Of a stretch of 64,000 nucleotides of DNA, positions 48,746 to 57,147 are shown piece after piece (positions within the stretch are counted from its first letter, which is position 1; every line of letters begins with the position of its first letter). Origin of the DNA: a virus. The notes under the pieces were generated by a model. The model made no database searches and was not told where the DNA came from. It was given only the letters and a program-made list of their open reading frames with translations. Both the position numbers and the translations under genes were made by a program. The stretch is from the IMG/VR virus record IMGVR_UViG_3300014501_000013, positions 9,806 to 73,805 of that record; one strand, given 5' to 3'.

Positions 48746-49254
48746 AGCGCACACTCATAGCTGCGTTGATCGTTGGGCTTGCTCTGTTCGGGCAGACGGC
48801 ACCCGGACCCATCGGCAACCTCACGCTCACGGTGGGAGGCGTTGCGCTGACGGGCATCACCAGCCTCACGCTGAGCGCTGGAACGGGCACCGTGGTGAGT
48901 TGCCTCCCAAGCCCCTGCGCGGTGAGTGCTGGAGGCGCCCTGACGGTGCAGGTTTCGGCTAACACCGCTGTCGTCCTTTCCTACCCGGACGCCATGGCCG
49001 CAGCGCCGTTCGACTGCGTCTCAACCAGCGGGACCATCGCCAGTGTCTGCAATCTCAAGGTAGCGCCCACCGTACCGCCGGTCTTCGTGGCGCTGACGAC
49101 CTCGGTAAACTGTCCCGGCGCTTGTTCGCTGAATGTGAGCAATACCGGGATCAAGGCTATCAAGACGAACGCGGCTGGAGCGACGGATGCTACGGTGATG
49201 GCCGGGACACATCTGCTCCGTTACGACGGCACGGTTTATAGGCTTTTGCTTTAG
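48742..49254 (+). CDS. Secreted fibre-domain protein
   Basis: MKRTLIAALIVGLALFG-Q; SLNV...G.KAIK...YDGTV domain also present in the 37918 protein; 6 Cys. Confidence 0.7.
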   Translation: MKRTLIAALIVGLALFGQTAPGPIGNLTLTVGGVALTGITSLTLSAGTGTVVSCLPSPCAVSAGGALTVQVSANTAVVLSYPDAMAAAPFDCVSTSGTIASVCNLKVAPTVPPVFVALTTSVNCPGACSLNVSNTGIKAIKTNAAGATDATVMAGTHLLRYDGTVYRLLL

Positions 49255-49277
49255 AGGAAAATGGGCCATAATTAGCC

Positions 49278-49646
49278 ATGTACACATATTCCCAAAGCAC
49301 CGGCCAACTCACCGATGCCGGAGGCGTACTGATCGGAACCGGATTTTCCGGTCATGACGTGGGGATGAATAACCCGCAAATGCAGAACGTTAAGGGCGTG
49401 GGCCCTTTGCCGCAGGGTCGCTATACTATTGGGGCACCGAGGGACTATCCGGGAACGCTCGGGCCGCTTGTGATGGCGCTCCTTCCAGATCCGGCAAACG
49501 AGATGTTCGATAGATCGGGTTTTTATTTTCATGGAGCTTCGGCAGTCCACTACTCGGAATCGAGTGACGGTTGTATCGTGCTTCCGTTACTGGTTCGCCT
49601 GGAGATCTCGCAAAGTGGCGACAAAGCGCTTCAGGTGACCGCGTGA
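49278..49646 (+). CDS. Tlde1/DUF2778 L,D-transpeptidase-fold protein, putative endolysin
   Basis: YSQSTG.L....GFSG.....NNP.......GPLP.G.Y.I...RSGF.FHG......S.GCIV. Confidence 0.8.
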   Translation: MYTYSQSTGQLTDAGGVLIGTGFSGHDVGMNNPQMQNVKGVGPLPQGRYTIGAPRDYPGTLGPLVMALLPDPANEMFDRSGFYFHGASAVHYSESSDGCIVLPLLVRLEISQSGDKALQVTA

Positions 49647-49686
49647 TGCCTCAGGTTGTGGCGGCGATTCAGGCGGCGAGGGGCGC

Positions 49687-50001
49687 ATGACGCCCACGGC
49701 AGCACAGTCGCTCTGGACGGATGGATACTGCACGAAATGCTATCGGCTTCTGTTGATTCGCGTTAGTTGTGATCCGCACTCACTAGAATGTCCAGAGTGT
49801 GGAATGACAACACTGAAAATAGGGCGACCGGCCAAGGGAAGGAAACTAAAGGTGTTTCGTTTGACTGGCCTTTGTGCTAAGTGCGGATTGCCAAGCCAAT
49901 CTGTCTTTTGTTCAAACCTTTGTGAGGCGTTGTATCGCGCGTGGAGACTTGGGACTGATGAATCTCAAAAAGGAGAAGTAGGGCAAACTAGGGACGTTTG
50001 A
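49687..50001 (+). CDS. Multi-CxxC zinc-finger protein
   Basis: Four CxxC/CxxxC motifs. Confidence 0.5.
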   Translation: MTPTAAQSLWTDGYCTKCYRLLLIRVSCDPHSLECPECGMTTLKIGRPAKGRKLKVFRLTGLCAKCGLPSQSVFCSNLCEALYRAWRLGTDESQKGEVGQTRDV

Positions 50002-50583
50002 TCCAACGCAACATTAGCCCCATGATCGCCACCACCTACTTCGATGGCCTGGGCAGCGCCATCTGGTACAACCTGCGCCCGCTAGTCTGGTTCGCGCTTG
50101 GAGTCGTGGTAGTGGTCGGAGGGCTGGTTGTGTGGGGCGTGCTGGCGGCGAAGAAGGGGAAGGTCACAGAGATATGATCGGAGGTTATTTGTGAAAGACA
50201 TCATTGAACAGGTTTTGAGCCAGCAAATCGATTTCTCGATCTATCCACCAGGCGGGCCAACTGCAAATATCGTGGCCCAAAAGATCGTCGATGCCTTGGG
50301 GCCTTACGCACGAATCGATGATATCGGCAGCAGAACTGAGTACGAGAAATCAGCAAGTTGACTGAAGCTGTAAAGGAGAAATATGAGTCACACGAAGCAC
50401 GAGGAGATCGAGCGCGAACGCGAGCGCAACCTGGAGGCTCAACGTAAGGGAACCCCCATCGAACGATACACCAGACAATTCGGAAAGGCACCGCGGTACG
50501 GGCCATTCGGCAATTATCCGAATCGCATTGTCGGAGATGGCACGATAGTTGTGGCTGGATGGCGGTAAACAAAGGAAAATGAC

Positions 50584-50751
50584 ATGGGACTGATATTGCT
50601 GATTGTGATTCTCTTTCTGGTGTTCGGCGGCGGAGGTGGCTACCTTACGCGCGCCAACCCGAACTATGGTTACTGGGGCGGTGGCGGATTCGGCATAGGC
50701 GCGCTCTTGGTCATCCTGCTCGTGCTCTATTTGATGGGGGTATTCCGGTAA
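50584..50751 (+). CDS. Small Gly-rich membrane protein (DUF3309-like)
   Basis: Own translation MGLILLIVILFLVFGGGGGY...GYWGGGGFGIGALLVILLVLYLMGVFR. Confidence 0.7.
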   Translation: MGLILLIVILFLVFGGGGGYLTRANPNYGYWGGGGFGIGALLVILLVLYLMGVFR

Positions 50752-50930
50752 TGGGCATCCTTGACCCGAAAGCTGATGCTGCTGCGCTTGACCCCGTGAT
50801 CCAGCGCGCCGTCACTGCGCTCGTAGACCAGTTCGTCGCTAAAGCCATTCCGGCGCTGAAAGCCGCTTTGGTCGAGATGCTTACCGAGGTTGCTGTGACG
50901 ACGGCGGTCACTAAAAAAGGCACACCATGA
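50751..50930 (+). CDS. Small hypothetical protein
   Basis: Own translation MGILDPKADAAALDP...VAVTTAVTKKGTP; coupled. Confidence 0.55.
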   Translation: MGILDPKADAAALDPVIQRAVTALVDQFVAKAIPALKAALVEMLTEVAVTTAVTKKGTP

Positions 50931-51070
50931 CTATACGCGATCGAAATGCTCAATGGGCTCCATCGACAGGCCGTTTCATAATCCCGAAGGAAAGTCCTGG
51001 AACAGGCACTGTAATGCAAGCCCAGGTTGCTGCCGTGACGACGGCGGTCGCGAAGAAAGGCAGCGCCTAG
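50927..51070 (+). CDS. Small hypothetical protein sharing its C-terminus with the previous gene
   Basis: ...VAAVTTAVAKKGSA; ATGA-coupled. Confidence 0.45.
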   Translation: MTIRDRNAQWAPSTGRFIIPKESPGTGTVMQAQVAAVTTAVAKKGSA

Positions 51071-51075
51071 AGAAC

Positions 51076-51357
51076 ATGCCCACATTGTCCGAGAAAGTCG
51101 ATCCCGTCCTGTTCCTGCTGATCGGCGGCATTATCTTTTTCTCACTCAGCCTGTTCGCCGTCGATCTCTGGTTCAAGCAGGATCAAGCGCTGTTCAGCGT
51201 GCTCTCGTCGCTCGTCTCTGGATTCGCTGGGTCGTTCTTCACGAGGTTAAGGCCGAAGGATGCTCCGACCCCTGCTAGTTCTCCAGACGCAACAGTGGAC
51301 ACAACTGCGACCACAACGGTGCATACCGAACCGGCGAAGGACCCGGCGAAGCCGTGA
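51076..51357 (+). CDS. Two-TM membrane protein, holin candidate
   Basis: Two TM helices ending GSFFTR; near the endolysin candidate. Confidence 0.55.
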   Translation: MPTLSEKVDPVLFLLIGGIIFFSLSLFAVDLWFKQDQALFSVLSSLVSGFAGSFFTRLRPKDAPTPASSPDATVDTTATTTVHTEPAKDPAKP

Positions 51358-51699
51358 GCGAACCAACCGGTCTCGTAGCGGGCGACCTTAGCATCGCCTT
51401 CCCTGTGCTCGTGGAGCCAGAGTATACCTTAGACGGATACGGGCGCGGTGTCGCTGTCAACGTGGAGGAATTGCTGAGGCTTATCGTTTGCGGACTGCGT
51501 CTCTCGCCTAATGGAATTGTGCGCCTAACGAAGACGAATGGAAGTAAGCGAATCTGAAAATTCGCGGCTACACTTTTCGCGTGTTGCTGATCGGGGCGCT
51601 GCCTGCATTGGCGATATTGTTTGTGGCGGCGTTCGTGCTGGCCTTGATTGTTGAGTTTTTAGTAGGACTGATGAGGTAGGGAGACGGGCTGAAAACCGC

Positions 51700-52104
51700 A
51701 TGACAATTGACATATCACACTGGCACATTCCCTGGCTTCCTTCAGGTACGCTGGCAGGCTTCGCAGCCGGCTTTATAGCCATCTTGGCCTTTGATCCGAC
51801 GTGGACAATGGGAAATATCATCACTATCAGCGTGGTGGTTCTCGGCGGCTTGGGCACATTTTATGGCATCATCAGCAAACTCACCAGCGCTCAACAAAAA
51901 CAGGATCAGGCTCTTGAATTGCTGGCGGCGCATCAAGAAGCAGCGATGGGGCTGATGAATCAGTCTGTTGTGCTTCTGAAAGAAACCGCCGTTGCGATGC
52001 AGGCCGTGCTCGGCAAGCAAGGGGACCAGCTCTCAAGTATGGTTATCGAGACTGAAATAAATCGGCGTATGCAAGCTATGGCTCAATCTCAACCGAAGGT
52101 GTAG
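51700..52104 (+). CDS. Membrane-anchored coiled-coil protein (holin/spanin-like candidate)
   Basis: Two hydrophobic segments, then coiled coil; last gene of the late operon. Confidence 0.5.
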   Translation: MTIDISHWHIPWLPSGTLAGFAAGFIAILAFDPTWTMGNIITISVVVLGGLGTFYGIISKLTSAQQKQDQALELLAAHQEAAMGLMNQSVVLLKETAVAMQAVLGKQGDQLSSMVIETEINRRMQAMAQSQPKV

Positions 52105-52233
52105 GCTCCTCGCCTTTCACCAGCGCTTCGAGCGCACGGGCGATGCGGTCCAACTTATGGATTACGATGCCGAGCGCTACGATAATAGTCACCCATCTCA
52201 CGAATTCGCCAACTACCTGAACTGGATCTGTAC

Positions 52234-52608
52234 TCATTCGACCTCCCCGGCCCGCGCTTGGGGCTGCATCGCGGCGTCAATAACGTGGCGTACCGATTGA
52301 TTCAATTCCAGTTTCTTCCAGGTTTCGTCAGTGACCGCACGCCGTAGCATTAGGGCGGTAAAGTAAAGGTCGCGTTCCATAAGGACCGCGCATCCCCGCT
52401 CGGCCACCAGCACATCGCATCGTTCATCGTTCTGGCGTGTCAATCCAAATGCCAGATTTCGGAAACTGTCTCGTTCTGCAAGAGCCTGAGTGAATTGCGT
52501 TTGCAGCGCATCGTACTTCTGCTGAAGGGCATCCGCGCGGGCTGTCGCTGCCTCCGTTAATTTCCTCTGCTCTTTAAGTAGACGAGCGGGAAGTTCCATG
52601 TCAGCCAT
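52234..52608 (-). CDS. Coiled-coil hypothetical protein
   Basis: ORF in - strand operon. Confidence 0.55.
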   Translation of the reverse strand: MADMELPARLLKEQRKLTEAATARADALQQKYDALQTQFTQALAERDSFRNLAFGLTRQNDERCDVLVAERGCAVLMERDLYFTALMLRRAVTDETWKKLELNQSVRHVIDAAMQPQARAGEVE

Positions 52609-53364
52609 TCATTCCTCCTTGGCCTCGGGCGCGTCAGGTCTAAACGTAACGTCGTAGCTAGACCAGTGCGTACCGTCATCCGCTTCGTACCACGGCTCCC
52701 CGTGAGGAGCGCCTACTGTTTTCGAGATGCGAGCCCGACGCCTGTAATTGTTTCCGAGAATCCAGCCGGTGCCGAATCCCTCCTTGGCCTCGGGCGGTGA
52801 TGGTGACCAAGATGGGTCATCCCATGGTTGCGGCTTGGCCTCGGGCGCTGCGGGCTCCTGAGGAACAGTCGGCGCTGGAATTTGCATGGCAGGGTCCTCT
52901 TTGGCCATCGCTATATATGCCTGCATGACATCGTGTAGCACTGCTAAAGCTTCGTTGACGTCAGCCCCGTGCGCAGTACACCCAGGAAGATCAGGGATTC
53001 TAGCGATTACATCCCCTTCTTCATCCATCGTCAGGGCGACTGCGTATGGGAATTGGAAACATCGAACAGCGGCTTCCGATTCAGGCTTATCGGATGCTGC
53101 TGGTTGGGCGAGAGCCTGCCGCAACTCCATAACGCGTGGATAGAGAACGTATCCTGCCCCTGTCGTCCACAGACTATTGTGGTAGGTGTTCTCCAGATGC
53201 ACGAAGTCGTTATCAATCCGCTTCAACAAGTCCTCCAACTCCGCGACCCGCTTGGAGACGGCGTCGTGGGAGTCGAGCACTCGAAATAATGTATCTGAAC
53301 CAAACGAGTGCTTTCGTATCGCCTCCAACTCGGCGTCGGTCAGAATTGGCTTATCGGTCGGCAT
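52609..53364 (-). CDS. Mosaic protein containing a HicB-like antitoxin domain
   Basis: Y.V.L..DEEG...A.IPDLPGC.A.G....EAL......; PEAK linker repeats. Confidence 0.75.
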   Translation of the reverse strand: MPTDKPILTDAELEAIRKHSFGSDTLFRVLDSHDAVSKRVAELEDLLKRIDNDFVHLENTYHNSLWTTGAGYVLYPRVMELRQALAQPAASDKPESEAAVRCFQFPYAVALTMDEEGDVIARIPDLPGCTAHGADVNEALAVLHDVMQAYIAMAKEDPAMQIPAPTVPQEPAAPEAKPQPWDDPSWSPSPPEAKEGFGTGWILGNNYRRRARISKTVGAPHGEPWYEADDGTHWSSYDVTFRPDAPEAKEE

Positions 53365-53664
53365 TAGCGCTCTCCTTCATAAAGCTCTCGAATCTTTTCG
53401 CGCAATTCTGCGCTTACTTTTTTGCCTTCACTCCGTTCTAGTGAATCCTCCGTCCAGTTCTGTTCGAGATGGTTAGCGGCCTCCTCTAGCGCTTCGATAC
53501 GCGCGTCACGCCGCTGGTCCTCTTTCGTTCTCATTCCGCCCTCCCGTCGCTCCCGGCTTGCTTCAACTGAGCAGGCTGAAAGCAAAACTGTGGCGGCTTC
53601 GGCTTCTCTCGGCATGAGACGGCGCAGAGCAGGGCGAGCAGGCAAAGGGGTTTCATGATGCACC

Positions 53665-53889
53665 TCACTCTTTTTCTCTTCCATCAAGAAACCAAAAAGG
53701 ATCTAAACCGTACATTTCGTACCTCTTCTCTTTATCGAGATAATAGGTCGCGCGCGTCAAATCTCCATTCCTAAGTGCCTTTCTAAACTCGGTATTAGCC
53801 GGAACAAAAAAATGGATGTGGGTATATACCTTGCGGCTGGTCATAAGGACCGCTAGCCCCAGGGCCAGCAGCGCGAGTGCGGCTCTCAT
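53665..53889 (-). CDS. Small protein with hydrophobic N-terminus
   Basis: ATGA-coupled. Confidence 0.5.
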   Translation of the reverse strand: MRAALALLALGLAVLMTSRKVYTHIHFFVPANTEFRKALRNGDLTRATYYLDKEKRYEMYGLDPFWFLDGREKE

Positions 53890-54098
53890 GGATTCGGCTC
53901 CATCTTAGCGTCCTCAATGTTCAAATCAGCGACCCAGCAGGCTACGGTTTTTGTTTCCCGCAGACCGGCGTCGGTCAATCTCACCTCCAATTGCTTCGAC
54001 CGATCACAAGCTGATTGTTCGACTACCCACAAGGTATCGACCCATGTTCTACCGCTGGTCTTCATCACAACCGCCCAAACTTTGGGAATTATATACAT
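53886..54098 (-). CDS. Phage gene interrupted at codon 4 by an IS; restartable from the IS end
   Basis: Native GGAGGAG-ATG at 54965 gives MKVWAVV...; ATG 54098 within the left TIR is in frame (MYIIP-KVWAVV). Confidence 0.6.
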   Translation of the reverse strand: MYIIPKVWAVVMKTSGRTWVDTLWVVEQSACDRSKQLEVRLTDAGLRETKTVACWVADLNIEDAKMEPNP

Positions 54099-54106
54099 GA
54101 CTCCCG

Positions 54107-54232
54107 TTAGGCTTTCTTTGCATCGGCTTGCCGCTTTCTTTTCGCGCGCCGTTTTGAAGCTTTTGACTTTGGCTTCGGGCGGTAGCGAAGGACTACATCA
54201 GTTATCGCGTCTAACTCTTTGGGCGTCTTCAT
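54107..54232 (-). CDS. IS passenger basic peptide
   Basis: MKTPKELDAITDVVLRYRPKPKSKASKRRAKRKRQADAKKA; coupled to transposase stop. Confidence 0.55.
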   Translation of the reverse strand: MKTPKELDAITDVVLRYRPKPKSKASKRRAKRKRQADAKKA

Positions 54233-54690
54233 TCGGAATCGTGTTTGTTGGCTTCTTTGCCGCCGAAGAACGCTTCGTCAATCTCTACGACGCCCTTGAG
54301 CTTGTCGATGGAATCCGGGGCGCTGCAAGCCTCCCGGAGCCGTCCGAGAATAAACCAAGCGGTCTTCTGGGTAACGCCGATCTCTTTGGCCAGTTGCATC
54401 GAAGAGATGCCCTTCCGCGCCGTAACGAGCAGGTACATGCTGTAAACCCACTTGTGCAGCGGAACCTTAGACCGCTCGAAGACGGTGCCAGTGCGGATAG
54501 TGAAGTCGAAATCCCCGCAGGCATTGCAGCGGTAGAAGCCAGCCTTGCGGATTGTGATCCGATTCTTGCCCCCGCAATCGGGGCACTTGGGTCCATCCGG
54601 CCAGAGCCTATCTTCCAGATACAGCCGCGCCGTCTCGTTGTCGGGGAACAACTCGAAAAGTTTGAAGGTGCTGATAGTGGATTTCGACAT
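54229..54690 (-). pseudogene. IS1595 transposase, C-terminally truncated
   Basis: Zn ribbon CPDC..CNAC, KGISS.QLA..IGVTQKTAW, G.VEIDE.FFGG, then stop; rest of the catalytic domain missing. Confidence 0.9.
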
Positions 54691-54906
54691 TTAATTGACC
54701 TCCTCGATCTGATTCTCGGTTCCGTTGAGCGTCAGGGCGCGGGCGAACTGTTCGGCGTGATGGCGAGTGTAATACGTGTTGGCGCATTCCCCAAAGCGGA
54801 CTACCCATCGGGGCAGTGCCGCGTTATAGCGGTCGATTTGTTCTTGGACGGAACCAAGTCCCTTGGCTTTCGCTTCCGCCGTGGTCAGGTACATTTTGTT
54901 TTCCAT
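54691..54906 (-). CDS. IS passenger hypothetical protein (leaderless)
   Basis: TTGATT-17-TATCAT promoter overlapping the TIR palindrome, 6 nt before ATG. Confidence 0.6.
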   Translation of the reverse strand: MENKMYLTTAEAKAKGLGSVQEQIDRYNAALPRWVVRFGECANTYYTRHHAEQFARALTLNGTENQIEEVN

Positions 54907-54980
54907 GAACTAATGATACTTGACTCCCGTACGGGAATCAAGTATATAATTCCCCAAACTTTCATGCTTCTCCTCCCGGC

Positions 54981-55346
54981 TCAGTTCGCTCGCTCAAGGG
55001 TTATCCCGATTAGGTTCCATCCTTTGGAAGAATCGAGCAATAATTGAACCCCGAGCGCCTCGGCGGCATTATCGACCGACAGCATGTTTGTAGAATGCCT
55101 CCATCCGCCACGCCGTTTCTTCCACCCCCGATCCTCCAGATACTCCTCGATGGACCGGAAATGCTCGCGACGTAGCGCTGCCTTGGTCGCGGGCTTCATT
55201 GCATCCATTTGTTCTTTCCGTGACGGCCTATTTAGAGTCGCCAACCATTCGAGTAGTTCGATAAATAGCTCAAAGTCCCGCTGGCAGAAAACCCAGCACG
55301 TGCGCAACTGCTCGGATGTGTAGTTGTGACGAATGCATTTGCTCAT
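54981..55346 (-). CDS. Hypothetical protein
   Basis: RBS GGAGG before MSKCIRH. Confidence 0.55.
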   Translation of the reverse strand: MSKCIRHNYTSEQLRTCWVFCQRDFELFIELLEWLATLNRPSRKEQMDAMKPATKAALRREHFRSIEEYLEDRGWKKRRGGWRHSTNMLSVDNAAEALGVQLLLDSSKGWNLIGITLERAN

Positions 55347-55938
55347 GCCTGCCTCCGTATAACGACCGGCTTCGGTACCTTTGTTTTCACACGAGGCATC
55401 GTTACCTTCGGCGCTGCTAGTCCCTCTTGCGCCTTCAGCACGCCAGCACGCCAGCACGCCACGCATGGCCGGTGGCGCGTGCATAACGGGTCCTGATGCT
55501 TACATGAGTGCCGCATTTCCAGCCACAGGCACAGGCAGACGGCGCAGATAGCGGCGAGAATGAGAGCGGCGGTCATAGGTCGGCTACCGGCGTTACCCCA
55601 GCCTCGCGTAGTGCCTGCGTTATCGCGCGCTTCTCTTTTTTGTCGAGTCGGTGCTCCCACGGATAGTTCTTGTCTCCCGACGGCCCCTTAACGGTTACCG
55701 TGGCCGCGCCGCAGTGGCAATTGCGGTGTCCGCCCAAATGGTTGTTTTTGCAAATCTTCATCGTCCCCTCCCCGCCGGTCACTTCGTCCCGGAGATAACC
55801 GTACGGCCTTTCATCGCCTCTGCCCTTCCGCGCTCCCAAGCGTTAGCCAATTCCCGCGTGGCGAAGAACACAAAGTTGCAGTTATTCTCGTTTGGCAGTT
55901 CTCCCGCCAGCAAACCCTTAACTGAATACTGGCGTGCC

Positions 55939-56012
55939 TGGAGCAGGAATGGATTCGAACCACCAACCTTCAGGTTTCTAGCCTGATGCGCCACCAGTTG
56001 CGCCACTGCCCA
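55939..56012 (-). tRNA. Atypical tRNA, anticodon AGA, short variable arm, irregular acceptor stem
   Basis: TGGGCAG TG GCGC AACTGGTG GCGC A TCAGG CTAGAAA CCTGA AGGTT GGTGG TTCGAAT CCATT C CTGCTCC A. Confidence 0.7.
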
Positions 56013-56023
56013 CAGACACGCCA

Positions 56024-56206
56024 GCGTTTGTTAGAAGCTCCAATCCAGACGTACCCTTCCCCTAGATTACCCGTCCGAACCGAAGCCTCTAACAGACGCC
56101 CTCTACGCCCGTCGCAGAGGGCCCGTTTGCTGGCGGTGTCCGGGTTCACACCGTATTGAGTCGGACACGGTAGCGCTATTTCCGCGAGCCGCTCCCGCCA
56201 GCAAAA
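56024..56206 (-). ncRNA. Structured non-coding region upstream of the tRNA
   Basis: 16-bp stem 56024/56099, GCCCTCT/AGAGGGC hairpin, TTTGCTGGCGG/CCGCCAGCAAA stem enclosing TGTCCG/CGGACA. Confidence 0.45.
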
Positions 56207-56212
56207 TCGTTA

Positions 56213-56578
56213 CTAGTTAACCGACTCCACCATCTGGGCGCCAGCCGGGCCGCCAGCTATCACGTCAATCGGCTGGCCTGATGCGCTTATGACTACCGGC
56301 GCAGCCGCACCAACAGCCGGAAGCGTGGTCGCTGAACTGATCACGATACCAGTACCGAGCTTCACTGGCGTGGCCGGCCCGAACGCAGCCGTCACGTTGT
56401 CCGCATTCCCGGCTACACTGATGACTGTCGGGTCGCTGGAAGTCCACACCGTAGCGCTTCCGGGCGGAAGGACCGCGCCTGACAGCCCCGCGGCGTCCAC
56501 GAATGAAAGGGTGGCCGTTCCGGTACCACTATCCGGTAGCGGCAAATCAAGAGAGGCTCTGACTACTTTGTCTGACAT
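56213..56578 (-). CDS. Ig-like (Big_2-type) protein
   Basis: TVWTSSDPTVISV; RBS AAGGAG. Confidence 0.6.
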   Translation of the reverse strand: MSDKVVRASLDLPLPDSGTGTATLSFVDAAGLSGAVLPPGSATVWTSSDPTVISVAGNADNVTAAFGPATPVKLGTGIVISSATTLPAVGAAAPVVISASGQPIDVIAGGPAGAQMVESVN

Positions 56579-56748
56579 CTTATTTCTCCTTGTTGATGGT
56601 TAACTGCATTGTTGCCGCCACAGGTGTTCTCATCAGCAATCTGATGATCCGAGCCTGCGAAAGTTCGATACGATCCGTCTGGTCCTTGAGCTTGTCAATC
56701 TTCTCAATCAGTACCCTTACTGTCCTGTCCAGCTCGTGGTCAAACATT

Positions 56749-57138
56749 CTATGCTCCTAGCATGACGGATTTTTCGATGAGCGCCCAGCTCTCGTAGGTG
56801 CGCTTGCACTCTGCGTCCTTCATCTCAAAGGTAGTGCGACGACTGCCGTTCCAGTTCGAATAAGATTCGGGAACGTTGTACTTGCCCCAAAGTTGGCGGT
56901 AGTAGGGCAATCTGTCAGTTGGCTTCAGGGCAGACCAACACATCTCGCATAGACAGAATGTGCCACGCCCTTCCGCATACCACGTTGTGTGCGCGGCACG
57001 GCTCTGATTACATCGTGAGCAGTACCAGCCGCTCCACGGATCATCCGACGGTTTCGACGCAACCGGGGGCCTCCGGCACGCAGCGAGCGCAGAAGCCAGT
57101 ACCGCCAGTGATCTCGTGATTATATTTCTTCGGCTCAT
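56749..57138 (-). CDS. Putative Tat lipoprotein with CxxC motifs
   Basis: MSRRNII...LAAC. Confidence 0.5.
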   Translation of the reverse strand: MSRRNIITRSLAVLASALAACRRPPVASKPSDDPWSGWYCSRCNQSRAAHTTWYAEGRGTFCLCEMCWSALKPTDRLPYYRQLWGKYNVPESYSNWNGSRRTTFEMKDAECKRTYESWALIEKSVMLGA

Positions 57139-57147
57139 TCTACGCTC

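Larger units (their letters stand above)
54084..54954 (-). mobile_element. IS1595-family element, internally deleted (non-autonomous), 871 bp
   Basis: 24-bp TIRs (54084-54107, 54931-54954; 22/24 identical); 8-bp target duplication CAAACTTT (54076-54083, 54955-54962). Confidence 0.92.

Noticed and set aside
53917-55047. 376-aa + strand ORF
   Set aside because: Antisense shadow of the IS1595 transposase; it crosses both IS ends
55974-55984. Amber suppressor (CTA) tRNA and stop-codon recoding
   Set aside because: CTA occupies loop positions 32-34, not 34-36; long genes are intact in the standard code and several end at TAG
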